From contig JAPLME010000007.1 in the NCBI GenBank assembly GCA_026387175.1, forward strand, positions 64,487-128,486: a stretch of DNA of 64,000 nucleotides, in the 5' to 3' direction. Made by a program: the position numbers and the translations under genes. The notes under the pieces were generated by a model. That model was not told where the DNA came from. It saw only the letters and a list, made by a program, of their open reading frames with translations, and made no database searches. The stretch comes from Candidatus Omnitrophota bacterium (GTDB lineage Bacteria > Omnitrophota > Gorgyraeia > 2-01-FULL-45-10). Each line of letters begins with the position of its first letter. Position 1 is the stretch's first letter. Shown piece by piece: positions 18,668-28,245 of this stretch.

Positions 18668-19495
18668 TCACAGTTTGCCCAGTTTGCAGATATGCTTCTC
18701 TTTATCTTCATATATTTTGCTGCGATTAATAAGCTCGTCCCAATCCACCTGATGGGCGTCGAATTCAGGGCCGTCCACACAGCTGAATAGTATCTTGCCT
18801 CCAATGGTCACTCTGCAGCATCCGCACATACCTGTCGCGTCCAGCATAACGGCATTAAGGGATACTATCGTTTTCACTTTATATTTAGCGGTAACGGAGG
18901 CCGAACGTTTCATCATCGGAATCGGACCTACCGAATAGACAAGATCATATTTCTGTTTCTGAAGAACCTCATCGAGGATGTCGGTAGTGAAGCCTTTGCG
19001 GCCATAGGAGCCGTCATCCGTTGCCACAAGTAAGTCGTCGGATACTGCCTTAAGCGCATTTTCCAGTATCAAAAGGTTCTTCGTCCTGGCGCCCAGTATG
19101 ACGGTTATGTGATTTCCGGCGGCTTTCAATGCCTTGGCGACCGGGTATATCTCCGCGATGCCGACTCCTCCTCCGACAAGTATCACTTTCCCGTAATTTT
19201 TTATTTCAGTGGCGTGTCCGAGAGGCCCTACCAGAGCATACAGCGAATCGCCGGCACTCATCTCTCCAAGCAGTTTCGTTGTAAATCCCAGCTGCTGGAA
19301 TATAAGCGTTATGCTTCCGATATCTTTATCCGTATCGACTATGGTCAGGGGCGTCCTCTCCCCTTTATCGCTGACCATAAGGGCGATAAATTGTCCGGGT
19401 TTCGTTTTTTTGGCGATATCGGGCGAAAGCACCTCGATCTTCGTGATCTTTACGCCGGCGGCCTCGGCGAGTGTGAGCTTTTTTAGTATCTTCAT
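18668..19495 (-). CDS. nfnA: NfnA/SudB-type FAD/NAD-binding [2Fe-2S] small subunit
   Basis: PGQF, ERTPLTI, GPLG, GGGVG and DATGMCGCCRV...CVDGPEF motifs. Confidence 0.87.
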   Translation of the reverse strand: MKILKKLTLAEAAGVKITKIEVLSPDIAKKTKPGQFIALMVSDKGERTPLTIVDTDKDIGSITLIFQQLGFTTKLLGEMSAGDSLYALVGPLGHATEIKNYGKVILVGGGVGIAEIYPVAKALKAAGNHITVILGARTKNLLILENALKAVSDDLLVATDDGSYGRKGFTTDILDEVLQKQKYDLVYSVGPIPMMKRSASVTAKYKVKTIVSLNAVMLDATGMCGCCRVTIGGKILFSCVDGPEFDAHQVDWDELINRSKIYEDKEKHICKLGKL

Positions 19496-19516
19496 ATTTT
19501 TAGAATGACGATAAAT

Positions 19517-19735
19517 TTAAATAATGTCCACTATCTTATTTTTCGAATTAAGCCCGCGCGCAATCGATATTCTGTTCTTCTGGATATTGAAATACCCGCT
19601 CAGGGCCTTTATCAGAGCTTTGTTGGCTTTACCTTCTATTGCCGGGGATTTTACGCGCACCAGAAACTCATTATTAAGGAGCTTCTCAACGGCTTCCGTC
19701 TTAGCGCCCGGTTTGATCCTGACAGTTAGCCTCAT
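19517..19735 (-). CDS. DUF167 (YggU-like) protein
   Basis: VRIKPGAK...VKSPAIEGKAN...G..SKNK pattern. Confidence 0.85.
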   Translation of the reverse strand: MRLTVRIKPGAKTEAVEKLLNNEFLVRVKSPAIEGKANKALIKALSGYFNIQKNRISIARGLNSKNKIVDII

Positions 19736-19757
19736 ATATCTCCCGCGCCGGCCTTCT

Positions 19758-20237
19758 CTATTCGTATCTGGTCTTCAGTCTGGCCAGGTATAAGAGATGC
19801 TTCTTCTCTTCGTTTACCAGTTCGGCTATCTTTTCCTGGTGCTGCGGTGTCATGTGACGCAGCAGTTCGCCGAAGAAGAGTATCGCGTCTCTTTCAAATC
19901 CCATCCCGTACCTGATAGCCGCAAGGGGGTTCCTGACATATTTTGCGAAGTTGGCGGAAGATACCTGTTTATATTGCATGTCATCTACGAGCGATTTTAT
20001 ATATGCTTCAAACTCTCCCTGATACGATTCGATGACTTCCGACTCCTCTACGGAATTGCGGATCTCGGTGAATTTCTGGATATGCTCTTCCTCCCAGCCT
20101 TTGAGTTTCGTAAAGAGCTCCTGCATCTCTTTATCTTTGAATTTCTTCGCGACGAGCGCATAGAAATCCCGCCGTTTCTTCTCTTTGGCGATACCCATAT
20201 CGATCACTTCGGCGGCATTGAATACATTATCTGACAT
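19758..20237 (-). CDS. Ferritin-like/rubrerythrin family protein
   Basis: E..FY, EEEH, FERDAILF and EEKKH di-iron-type motifs; AAGGAG RBS. Confidence 0.8.
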   Translation of the reverse strand: MSDNVFNAAEVIDMGIAKEKKRRDFYALVAKKFKDKEMQELFTKLKGWEEEHIQKFTEIRNSVEESEVIESYQGEFEAYIKSLVDDMQYKQVSSANFAKYVRNPLAAIRYGMGFERDAILFFGELLRHMTPQHQEKIAELVNEEKKHLLYLARLKTRYE

Positions 20238-20262
20238 GAACTGCTCCTTTCGTTTGCGGGGG

Positions 20263-21366
20263 TTAATTCCCGAAGCAGGTCCCTAATGATATGGATGTCT
20301 TTATCAGCGGATGATCGATCGGTACGCTCCTATGCCCTTTGGCCACATCTTTAAGGTTCACCATTATCAACTTGCTCTTCTGCATAGCCACCATATTACC
20401 GAAAGATTTAGCGGCTATCATGTCAACGGCTTTTGAGCCAAGTTGTGTGGCGAGGACCCTGTCGAACGCTGTCGGCGTGCCGCCTCTCTGGAGATGACCC
20501 ATCACCACGGAGCGCGTCTCGAAGCTTGTCAGCTTTTCTATCTGGTCTCCCAGGACAAAGCCTATGCCTCCCAGCCTTATAGGGTCCGAGCTCTCCTTAA
20601 CCATCCTCTGGATGACTACGTCGCCGCCCTTAGGCTTTGCGCCTTCGGCGACCACGATAATAGAGAAACGCTTTCCTTTTCCATGCCGCTCTTTTACCTT
20701 ATCGATTATAGATTTCATATCATACGGTATCTCGGGTATGAGTATTATATCGCCGCCGCCGGCTATGCCTGAATAGAGCGCCAGCCAACCCGCGTTATGT
20801 CCCATGACTTCGAGCACCATGACCCTGTGGTGCGATTGGGCCGTTGAGTGAAGACGGTCGATCCCTTCAGTAGCGATGGACACCGCGGTATCGAATCCGA
20901 ATGTCAGATCGGTGCCGAGAATATCATTATCTATGGTTTTTGGCACACCGACGATGGGAATACCGTCTTTAAACAGCTTGTACGCTATACCGAGCGTGCC
21001 GTCACCGCCTATTACGACGAGACAATCGATATCGAGGTTCTTGATATTGCGGATAGCGACCTTTGACATATCCTTGAATTCAAAATCACCATCCTTCTTG
21101 ATAGCGTATCTGTACGGATTTATCTTCTTGGTAGTTCCAAGGATCGTCCCGCCCATCGTCAATATACCGGATACATCGCGGTTTTCGAGTCTTCTGAAAT
21201 TATTGTTTACCGCTCCTTCGTAGCCGTCTTCTATGCCGACGATCTCCATGTTGTAGTCATGGATGGCTTTCTTGGCAACGGCCCTTATAACGGCGTTGAT
21301 GCCCGCGCAGTCGCCGCCGCCGGTCAATATCCCTATCCTCTTCTTGCTCTTTATCCGTTTTATCAT
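20263..21366 (-). CDS. pfkA: 6-phosphofructokinase (PfkA family)
   Basis: ILTGGGDC, GGTILGT, IGGDGT, PKTIDND, EVMG and GHLQRGG motifs. Confidence 0.93.
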   Translation of the reverse strand: MIKRIKSKKRIGILTGGGDCAGINAVIRAVAKKAIHDYNMEIVGIEDGYEGAVNNNFRRLENRDVSGILTMGGTILGTTKKINPYRYAIKKDGDFEFKDMSKVAIRNIKNLDIDCLVVIGGDGTLGIAYKLFKDGIPIVGVPKTIDNDILGTDLTFGFDTAVSIATEGIDRLHSTAQSHHRVMVLEVMGHNAGWLALYSGIAGGGDIILIPEIPYDMKSIIDKVKERHGKGKRFSIIVVAEGAKPKGGDVVIQRMVKESSDPIRLGGIGFVLGDQIEKLTSFETRSVVMGHLQRGGTPTAFDRVLATQLGSKAVDMIAAKSFGNMVAMQKSKLIMVNLKDVAKGHRSVPIDHPLIKTSISLGTCFGN

Positions 21367-21376
21367 ATGCCTTCCC

Positions 21377-21934
21377 CTATAGTTTGTGGACTATTAATTC
21401 CGTTAAGACTACAATATCCTCCGTGCATAATATCCCGGAAATATTCTTATCGAACAATATACTGGCGTCGGAAGGAAACTCTTCGTCCGCTTTTGACATT
21501 TTTATGAGTATCGCGGCCTCGTCGAACGGATAGATTATTACGCTTACGTCTCCGAGCTCAACTCTTTTCGCGTTCATTCGTCCGGCAGCGGCCAATAGCG
21601 CCTCGGGATCCGCTCCGTATTTCTTTATTATGGGGTCGATAGTGCGTTTTTTAAATGCCGGATAGTAACCCTCACCGCCTTCGAGCTCATTGAAGTCGAC
21701 CCACTCGCCCGATAGTTCAGGGAGCTTGCCAAAGGCCAGTTTTCTGGCAAGGTAATGAAGCAGTATTATGGTAACGTAATCTTTAGCGACTACGTTACCG
21801 GGCGTGAAGGTGACGCGTTTTTCGGTTATATGGATCTCATAAACATCCGAAAGAAATTTGATGGAAAAACGCTCTTTGCTCGTCAGGGCGCGAACGCCTT
21901 CCCATGCTTTTTCCATCGCCTGCTGATAGCTCAT
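21377..21934 (-). CDS. DUF3786-like protein
   Basis: IILLHYL, WVDFNELEGG..YYPAF, DEEFP...ILFD and TEDI pattern. Confidence 0.72.
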   Translation of the reverse strand: MSYQQAMEKAWEGVRALTSKERFSIKFLSDVYEIHITEKRVTFTPGNVVAKDYVTIILLHYLARKLAFGKLPELSGEWVDFNELEGGEGYYPAFKKRTIDPIIKKYGADPEALLAAAGRMNAKRVELGDVSVIIYPFDEAAILIKMSKADEEFPSDASILFDKNISGILCTEDIVVLTELIVHKL

Positions 21935-21973
21935 GAATAGAATTTTACCATAAAGGCCCGATATCTGACAATT

Positions 21974-23092
21974 TCAAACGCAGAAAGGCTTGCTGAAATG
22001 GTACCCCTGCCCATATTCGACGCCCAGCGACAGGAGCGTGTCGCATTCCTTCTTTGTTTCTATTCCTTCGCCTATGAGGCGGCTATTAGTATTTCTGGCC
22101 AGATCCGCCACCAGGCGGACAAGGTTCTGTTTTACGCTGTCCGTTTCCATGTTCCGGATTATATTTATATCTATCTTGATAAATTCCGGCCTTAATTCCG
22201 CGATGGCGTTCAGGCTGGAGTATCCTTCGCCGATATCATCTATGGCAACCCTCACGCCTTCGGATCTCACCTCTTTTAAGTTCATCGAAAGCATCGGGAA
22301 GTTTTTTACAAAGGTCCTTTCGGTGATTTCAAGGCATATCTGGCTCGGGGCTATTTTAGAATTGTTCAGAAACTTCAGTTTTTTGAAGTGCGGAGTGCCT
22401 GTTATGGCGGGATCGATATTTAAAAACAGGATCTCTCCGCTTTTAAGGAATACCGCCCTCTCTATAGATATATCTCTGCAAATGGAATCCAGCTCGTTGA
22501 ACATGTTGACGTCTGTGGCGAAAGTAAACAGATCTGCCGGATTTTCAAATAGCGTTCCTTTTGGTCCGCGCGCCAGGGCTTCGTAACCGATCGGGACCCC
22601 GGTCTTAAGAAGAACTATCGGCTGAAATAGTATCTGCAGATTCTTTCTTTGAACGATATCCCGTAAATCTGATATCTTCCTGTTCTTTTCTTCGACGGAT
22701 TCCCTGGCTTTCTCCGGCGACTTCGTTTTGAGCACTGCCTGTATCCTGACCAGCATCTCCTCGAACGGAAACTGCTTGCCCATGTAATCGGCTACGCCGA
22801 AATCAAAAGCCGTCACCTTCTCCAGTGTGGTGGTGTTTAGTGTAAGCATGATTATCGGGATATCCTCGGTGGCCTTATTCTCCTTCAGGCGCTTGCACAC
22901 CGTAAGCCCGTCCATCTCCGGCATATTGATATCGAGAAGAATAAGGTCTGGTTTGAGGAGGGCTTTGCGCAGCCCTTCATGGGGGGTTGAGGCGGTGATG
23001 ACCTTAAAATTGGAGCTCTCAAGCAAAAATTGAGTGGTCGACAGGAAATCTACCTCGTCGTCTATCATTAAAATAGTCTTCGCCTCTTTCAT
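21974..23092 (-). CDS. Response regulator with EAL c-di-GMP phosphodiesterase domain
   Basis: N-terminal receiver; FQPIV, YEALARG, EITE, DDIGEGYSS, IKID, EGIET and QGY motifs intact. Confidence 0.92.
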   Translation of the reverse strand: MKEAKTILMIDDEVDFLSTTQFLLESSNFKVITASTPHEGLRKALLKPDLILLDINMPEMDGLTVCKRLKENKATEDIPIIMLTLNTTTLEKVTAFDFGVADYMGKQFPFEEMLVRIQAVLKTKSPEKARESVEEKNRKISDLRDIVQRKNLQILFQPIVLLKTGVPIGYEALARGPKGTLFENPADLFTFATDVNMFNELDSICRDISIERAVFLKSGEILFLNIDPAITGTPHFKKLKFLNNSKIAPSQICLEITERTFVKNFPMLSMNLKEVRSEGVRVAIDDIGEGYSSLNAIAELRPEFIKIDINIIRNMETDSVKQNLVRLVADLARNTNSRLIGEGIETKKECDTLLSLGVEYGQGYHFSKPFCV

Positions 23093-23104
23093 CTTAAACC
23101 CTTT

Positions 23105-24520
23105 TTATACCGGGATCTTAAAAATAAACGTGGAACCTTTATTGAGCTCGCTCTTGGCCCAGATGGTTCCTCCGTGAAGGTTTATCATCTCCTTGGAAAT
23201 GTATAGCCCTAGCCCTGTGCCGCTGACATGATGCAGTGATCCCCCGCTTCCGAGTTGCTGAAATTTATTGAATAGTTTCGGGATATCCTCTTTCGCTATC
23301 CCCGCGCCGGTATCGGCCACGCTTACGATCAGCATATCCTTCCCCTCGGCCTGAGTTATGTTTACGCTGATCGTTATGGTGCCCTTGTTTGGAGTAAATT
23401 TAATGGCGTTGCCGATAAGGTTGGTAAGCACCTGCGTAATCCGTTTCCGGTCTATGGACACCTTACGAATATTGCGCTGCACATTTCTTGATATAGCTAT
23501 CTCTTTTGTGCCGGCCCATGCCTCAAGAGAGTCGCAGGTTTCATCGATCACCTGTTCTATGTCCGATGGTTCCGGGTGCAATTCCGCTTTTTTCGCTTCC
23601 ACTTTCGAGAGATCGAGCAGGTCGTCTATCAGGAGGCCCAGCCTCTTTAAGTTATTTTCGGCGATCGACAAAAACTTATTCTGTTCCTCTGTAAGCGGCC
23701 CGGATTTTTTGGCGAGCATTATCTCCACCGAATTCCGGATGGCGATGAGCGGGGTCCTAAGCTCATGCGATATGTTCGAGACAAATTGCGACTTCATAGC
23801 GTCCAGCTCTTTCTGCTTGGTGACATCCGTAAAGACCGAGACCATGCCGATGGTCTGCCCGTTTTCATTTTCGATTACGGCGTTTGAGGCCCTGAGGACC
23901 TTCTTCGTGTCCTCGCTGGTGGCTTCCATCTCTATCTCCGTCTCTTCGCTCCCTGCCTCGCGGGTCGCCAACGACATAAGCTGGGACTTCTTTATCATCC
24001 CCCGCACCGGTTTTCCCATCTGGTCCGCCTTGTCGACATCGAGCAATTTCTCAGCCGCCGGATTCATCATGATGACCTCGCCGCGGTCGTTGAGGACCAC
24101 CAGGCCTTCGGCGACGCTCCTTACAATTGAGTCTATCTGTTTCTTCTCGACAAGCGTCTGTTTGTATTTTTGATCGACCTCTCCGTATTGGATATTTTTT
24201 TCTTTTATTATATCGTTGAACTTCTTACTCACCTCTTCCAGTATAGTATCGGTCTCTTTGGCGAAGCCGCTGTGCCTCAGCTTGGTCAGCGTTAAGGCAG
24301 CGCGTTCGCTTAGGTCGTGAGGATCGAATGGCCCGTCAATTTTACCGTGTATTTTAGGACTTATGACGGGACTGGTCCATTCGTTGGGCGTGGGCTCCGG
24401 ATTTTTATCGATCGTCTTTAGAGACCTAAAATATTTCGACCATAGGAAGGCTAATATGGCCGCCAGTATGCCAAGGTAAACGAAATGCATTCCGGTAAGT
24501 CCTTCAGTTTCAGCTGCCAT
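23105..24520 (-). CDS. Membrane-anchored PAS histidine kinase
   Basis: One N-terminal TM helix, PAS (NPAAEKLL), SHELRTPL, NLIGNAIKF and GTGLGL motifs. Confidence 0.92.
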   Translation of the reverse strand: MAAETEGLTGMHFVYLGILAAILAFLWSKYFRSLKTIDKNPEPTPNEWTSPVISPKIHGKIDGPFDPHDLSERAALTLTKLRHSGFAKETDTILEEVSKKFNDIIKEKNIQYGEVDQKYKQTLVEKKQIDSIVRSVAEGLVVLNDRGEVIMMNPAAEKLLDVDKADQMGKPVRGMIKKSQLMSLATREAGSEETEIEMEATSEDTKKVLRASNAVIENENGQTIGMVSVFTDVTKQKELDAMKSQFVSNISHELRTPLIAIRNSVEIMLAKKSGPLTEEQNKFLSIAENNLKRLGLLIDDLLDLSKVEAKKAELHPEPSDIEQVIDETCDSLEAWAGTKEIAISRNVQRNIRKVSIDRKRITQVLTNLIGNAIKFTPNKGTITISVNITQAEGKDMLIVSVADTGAGIAKEDIPKLFNKFQQLGSGGSLHHVSGTGLGLYISKEMINLHGGTIWAKSELNKGSTFIFKIPV

Positions 24521-24526
24521 GGATAC

Positions 24527-24593
24527 ATTATACTATATCATTGAAAGCGGAACCATTAATTTTATTGGATAAATCATTGCGTTAGATTATAAT
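24527..24593. promoter_or_regulatory. Divergent promoters, each with TATAAT 6 nt before the ATG
   Basis: Plus strand: TTGGAT (24565-24570), 17 bp, TATAAT (24588-24593), 6 nt, ATG 24600. Minus strand: TATAAT (24527-24532), 6 nt, ATG 24520. Confidence 0.65.
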
Positions 24594-24599
24594 GATTCA

Positions 24600-26477
24600 A
24601 TGATATACGATAGATTTCAGGAAGAGGCGATCCGCTGGATCAACGAAGGCCATTCGGTAATAGTCTCCGCTCCGACAGGCGCGGGAAAGACGGCGATCGC
24701 CGAACATGTTATAGAAACCTGTATTCTAGAGCGCCGGGGCGTAATATATACGGCCCCGATAAAGGCTCTATCCAACCAGAAGTACCGCGATTTTCAGAAG
24801 AAATATCAGGATACGATAGGAATATTGACCGGAGATGTCTCCATTAACGCGGATGCTCCGGTCCTTATAATGACGACCGAGATATTCCGTAATAAGGTCC
24901 TCGACAAGCCGGAGGATCTTAAAAAGTATTCCTGGATAATCTTTGACGAAGTGCACTATATAGACAATCCCGAGCGCGGCACGGTCTGGGAAGAGTCCCT
25001 GATATTTTTACCGGCGCATATGAATATCCTGGCCCTTTCGGCGACGATACCTAATATCGGGCAGTTCGCGCAGTGGATCGAATCTATACATAAAAAGACG
25101 GTGAAGGTTGTGATCGAAAACAAGCGCCCGGTCCCCCTCCATTTTTTCTATCAGTGCCATAACCAGGTTTTCGATAACCTGAATAATATACGCCGCGCCA
25201 GGAGCTACAAAGTCAATACGACGAACGCGCTGATAAAACATGTCCGCGAACAGGATGAGCTGCCCTGCATATATTTCGTATTCGGAAGAAAGCGCGCCGA
25301 GTATCTGGCAGACGAGCTTTATAATTTCAACTTTCTTACGGAGCACGAACAGGCCGAGATTACGAATATGTATGATAGCCTCCTGGAGAGGTTTGACCTC
25401 AAGAATGAGAAGAGCGCTGTCAGGATGCAGCCGCTCATCGAGCGCGGCATCGCGTTCCATCATGCGGGAATGCTTCCCACGCTGAAGGAGGTCATCGAAC
25501 GGCTCTTTACGAGCCGCCTCCTGAAAGTGATATTCACTACCGAGACCTTCGCCCTCGGCATAAATATGCCCAGCCGTTCGGTGATATTCGATGAGGTAAG
25601 AAAGTTCTACGGCACTTACATCAGAAACCTCAAGACGCGCGATTTCTATCAGATGGCCGGCCGCGCAGGCAGGCGCGGCATCGACTCCGAAGGGTTCGTT
25701 TACACCCGCATAAATCTCGGGCGCACGAGGATTGACGAGGTACGCAGCATAATTTACGGTAAGCCGGAGGATGTGAAGAGCCAGTTCAACGCTTCTTACG
25801 CCACTATACTGAACCTTTACGATAAATACCAGGAAGACCTTTTTAAGATATACCCCCTATCGCTGCATTTTTTCCAGACGAAACCGCATCAGCAGGCCGA
25901 GGCGACCAGGCTTATGGGTGCGAAGCTTAAGCTATTGAAGGAGTTCGGATGCATCAGTGAGGGTGCTCTTACGATGAAGGGGCAATTCGCTAAAGCGGTT
26001 TACGGATATGAGCTGCTATTGGCGGAGCTTTACGGCCAGGGCGTGTTCGAAGAGCTGGACGAGATATCCCTGGGCGTCATCGCGGTTTCGGCCGTCTTCG
26101 AGCCCAGGAAGAACCAGCAGTTCCCTACGGGTTTATCTAAAAGCACGATAGAAGTAAAGAAGATAAGCGAGCAGATCTACTTTGAGACGAGGCGCAAGGA
26201 GACGCGCGCGAAGATCTATCCTTTCAGCAAGATGCCGTATTTCCATCTCGCCAAGGCCATGGAGTGTTGGCTGAATGGCATGGCTTTCCAGAAGATCCTG
26301 CAGTTCACGGATACCGACGAGGGCGAGCTCATCCGCTATTTCAGGATGGCGGTGCAGGTATTGAGGGAGATCAAAGACGCTCCCATATCGCCCGATTTGA
26401 AATCAAGGATCACCAAGGCCCTCCACTACATAAGCCGCGATGTCATCGACGCGGAGAAGCAGCTCCGCGAAGGGTAG
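24600..26477 (+). CDS. Ski2/HelY-like DExH-box RNA helicase
   Basis: APTGAGKT, PIKALSNQK, DEVH, LSAT, TETFALGINMP and QMAGRAGRRG motifs; DSHCT-like C terminus (DEGELIR). The only substantial plus-strand gene. Confidence 0.93.
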   Translation: MIYDRFQEEAIRWINEGHSVIVSAPTGAGKTAIAEHVIETCILERRGVIYTAPIKALSNQKYRDFQKKYQDTIGILTGDVSINADAPVLIMTTEIFRNKVLDKPEDLKKYSWIIFDEVHYIDNPERGTVWEESLIFLPAHMNILALSATIPNIGQFAQWIESIHKKTVKVVIENKRPVPLHFFYQCHNQVFDNLNNIRRARSYKVNTTNALIKHVREQDELPCIYFVFGRKRAEYLADELYNFNFLTEHEQAEITNMYDSLLERFDLKNEKSAVRMQPLIERGIAFHHAGMLPTLKEVIERLFTSRLLKVIFTTETFALGINMPSRSVIFDEVRKFYGTYIRNLKTRDFYQMAGRAGRRGIDSEGFVYTRINLGRTRIDEVRSIIYGKPEDVKSQFNASYATILNLYDKYQEDLFKIYPLSLHFFQTKPHQQAEATRLMGAKLKLLKEFGCISEGALTMKGQFAKAVYGYELLLAELYGQGVFEELDEISLGVIAVSAVFEPRKNQQFPTGLSKSTIEVKKISEQIYFETRRKETRAKIYPFSKMPYFHLAKAMECWLNGMAFQKILQFTDTDEGELIRYFRMAVQVLREIKDAPISPDLKSRITKALHYISRDVIDAEKQLREG

Positions 26478-26670
26478 ATTTTTCGGCCTCTCAGTCCGGC
26501 GTTTACTTTCGGGCAATGCTTCCGCTTGCCGCTCGCTCGGAATAGGCTTCCTCGCTCGCTGTTGATAAAATTTCGATGATGAAGCCTGTACCGCCTATAG
26601 GTATCGAAATTTTATAAAGTCGCTTCAGCATCGCCCGAAAGTTCCGCCATCTGACTATTAGCCGAAAAAT
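26478..26670. repeat. Long imperfect inverted repeat (rod-like hairpin 1, 193 nt); candidate ncRNA or MITE-like element
   Basis: Nested arms: 26478-26487/26661-26670 (10 bp perfect), 26505-26520/26627-26642 (15 of 16) and 26565-26577/26603-26615 (13 bp perfect). Confidence 0.8.
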
Positions 26671-26717
26671 TTACTGGAAGGATGAGTAGAGAGTGAGATT
26701 GGGACAGTGAGCGGAGA

Positions 26718-27002
26718 CGAAAATATCGCAGCAGGCAGAGGTTCTTACCGGCTGACGCACCTCATGGCTTTATGAAGCGGCGAATTGAATTTTTTCGCCA
26801 GAGTATGACATGACAGTGGGTGCGCAAGGCCGCCTAGCAAGAGAATAACTTTACGTTGAGCGAATATGAAGGTGCGTGAACCACTACACATATTCGCGAT
26901 ACGTAAACCGCAGCGCACGGCGAAAATAATTCATCGCCGCGAATAAAGACATGAGGTACGGCAGGCCCCGTAAAAACATACTGCGTAACGAGGATATTTT
27001 CG
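26718..27002. repeat. Long imperfect inverted repeat (rod-like hairpin 2, 285 nt); candidate ncRNA or MITE-like element
   Basis: Nested arms: 26718-26727/26993-27002, 26759-26766/26950-26957, 26777-26783/26934-26940, 26792-26799/26919-26926, 26850-26856/26901-26907 and 26860-26868/26889-26897. Confidence 0.8.
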
Positions 27003-28244
27003 CTATAGCGAGGGGTTGAAGTAGCCCATTCTGAGGTGGGGAAATTCTTTGCGTAGTGAGTCGATTACAGTTTTTATACCCAGTAGTTCTGAGCTCTTCG
27101 GCCATGCTTCAAGCTCTTCGAAATACCGCATCGGGTCATAATTGAGGTTGCGCCACTGGACCATATCTATCTTGTATCTGGAAGCCAGGTTTCCGAAGGC
27201 CATAAATTCATCTTTTGTATCGGTGAAACCCGGCATCGTTAAATAGTTAATAGAGACGAATGCTTTCTTCTCTTTCACTATTTTTATAGACTCCATTACG
27301 TCCTTAAGCTCGTACCCCCTCGGCCTGTAATATTTTGCGTAATAGGCTTCTCTCGCGCTATTTAAGCTGATCCGGACGCTATCGAGGCCTGCGTCCAATA
27401 ATCTGGCGAGCGCTTCGGGTCTCGAGCCATTGGAGTTCATATGTATGGTGCCGCCTTCAGTGTTTTTCCGGATGAGCATTATCGATTTCTCTATGAGCTT
27501 ATCCTGAAGAAGCGGCTCTCCCTCGCACCCTTGCCCGAAACTCACTATGGGCCGCTTTACGTTTTCGATATGAAACAATGCTATCTGGCTGACTTCTTCA
27601 GCTGTCGGAACAAATTTTATTCTCGGCTGCGATGCAGGACATTTTTTGTCCGGCTGGAATGATATACACCCTGTGCACGAGGCGTTACAGGATGGAGATG
27701 TTGGCAGTGGCGCTTCATATCTGCCTAAGAAAAAATTCTGCGCATTAGGGCACCCGTAAATGAGAGCGCAGGCCTTAAGATGCTCTATGAGCCTGTTTTT
27801 AGGGAAGAGCTTCGCTAATTTTACAATCCCCTTTCGTACAAGCGCCATATCTATATAGCGGCAATCATGCCGCCTGTCTTTGTCTATATGGATAGCAGCG
27901 GCATATAGTTCGTTTTTATACATACAAGCCGCGGCATATGCAAATAATGGGAGCTGTTTAGGATTGCCAATCGGGGTATAGGCGGCCGAGTAGGTTGCGG
28001 TATATCCGCTCGCCAGGAAAACCGCAACCGCAAACGCTCCTTCTATAACTATAAACCTGCCTGTTGCGGCATCGTAACCTATAGCGGACCTTGATGGCAG
28101 AATGAAGAGCCTGGACGCCGGGGGCAGTTTTATGAGATCGAGGCATTCTAACCTGAATATGAGTCCGCCTTTCATACCTGCCGCTTTCAGGTGTGTGTCA
28201 AAAGAGATATTCCCTTTTATGTCCGATACGAGCAGTCTAGGCAT
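27003..28244 (-). CDS. Radical SAM protein of unknown function
   Basis: CNASCTGC (CxxxCxxC) and SFGQGCEGEP motifs. Confidence 0.88.
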   Translation of the reverse strand: MPRLLVSDIKGNISFDTHLKAAGMKGGLIFRLECLDLIKLPPASRLFILPSRSAIGYDAATGRFIVIEGAFAVAVFLASGYTATYSAAYTPIGNPKQLPLFAYAAACMYKNELYAAAIHIDKDRRHDCRYIDMALVRKGIVKLAKLFPKNRLIEHLKACALIYGCPNAQNFFLGRYEAPLPTSPSCNASCTGCISFQPDKKCPASQPRIKFVPTAEEVSQIALFHIENVKRPIVSFGQGCEGEPLLQDKLIEKSIMLIRKNTEGGTIHMNSNGSRPEALARLLDAGLDSVRISLNSAREAYYAKYYRPRGYELKDVMESIKIVKEKKAFVSINYLTMPGFTDTKDEFMAFGNLASRYKIDMVQWRNLNYDPMRYFEELEAWPKSSELLGIKTVIDSLRKEFPHLRMGYFNPSL

Positions 28245-28245
28245 A

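Noticed and set aside
26884-27105. 73-aa minus-strand ORF in the hairpin region
   Set aside because: It overlaps the radical SAM 3' end and the inverted repeat, and has no RBS or recognisable motif.
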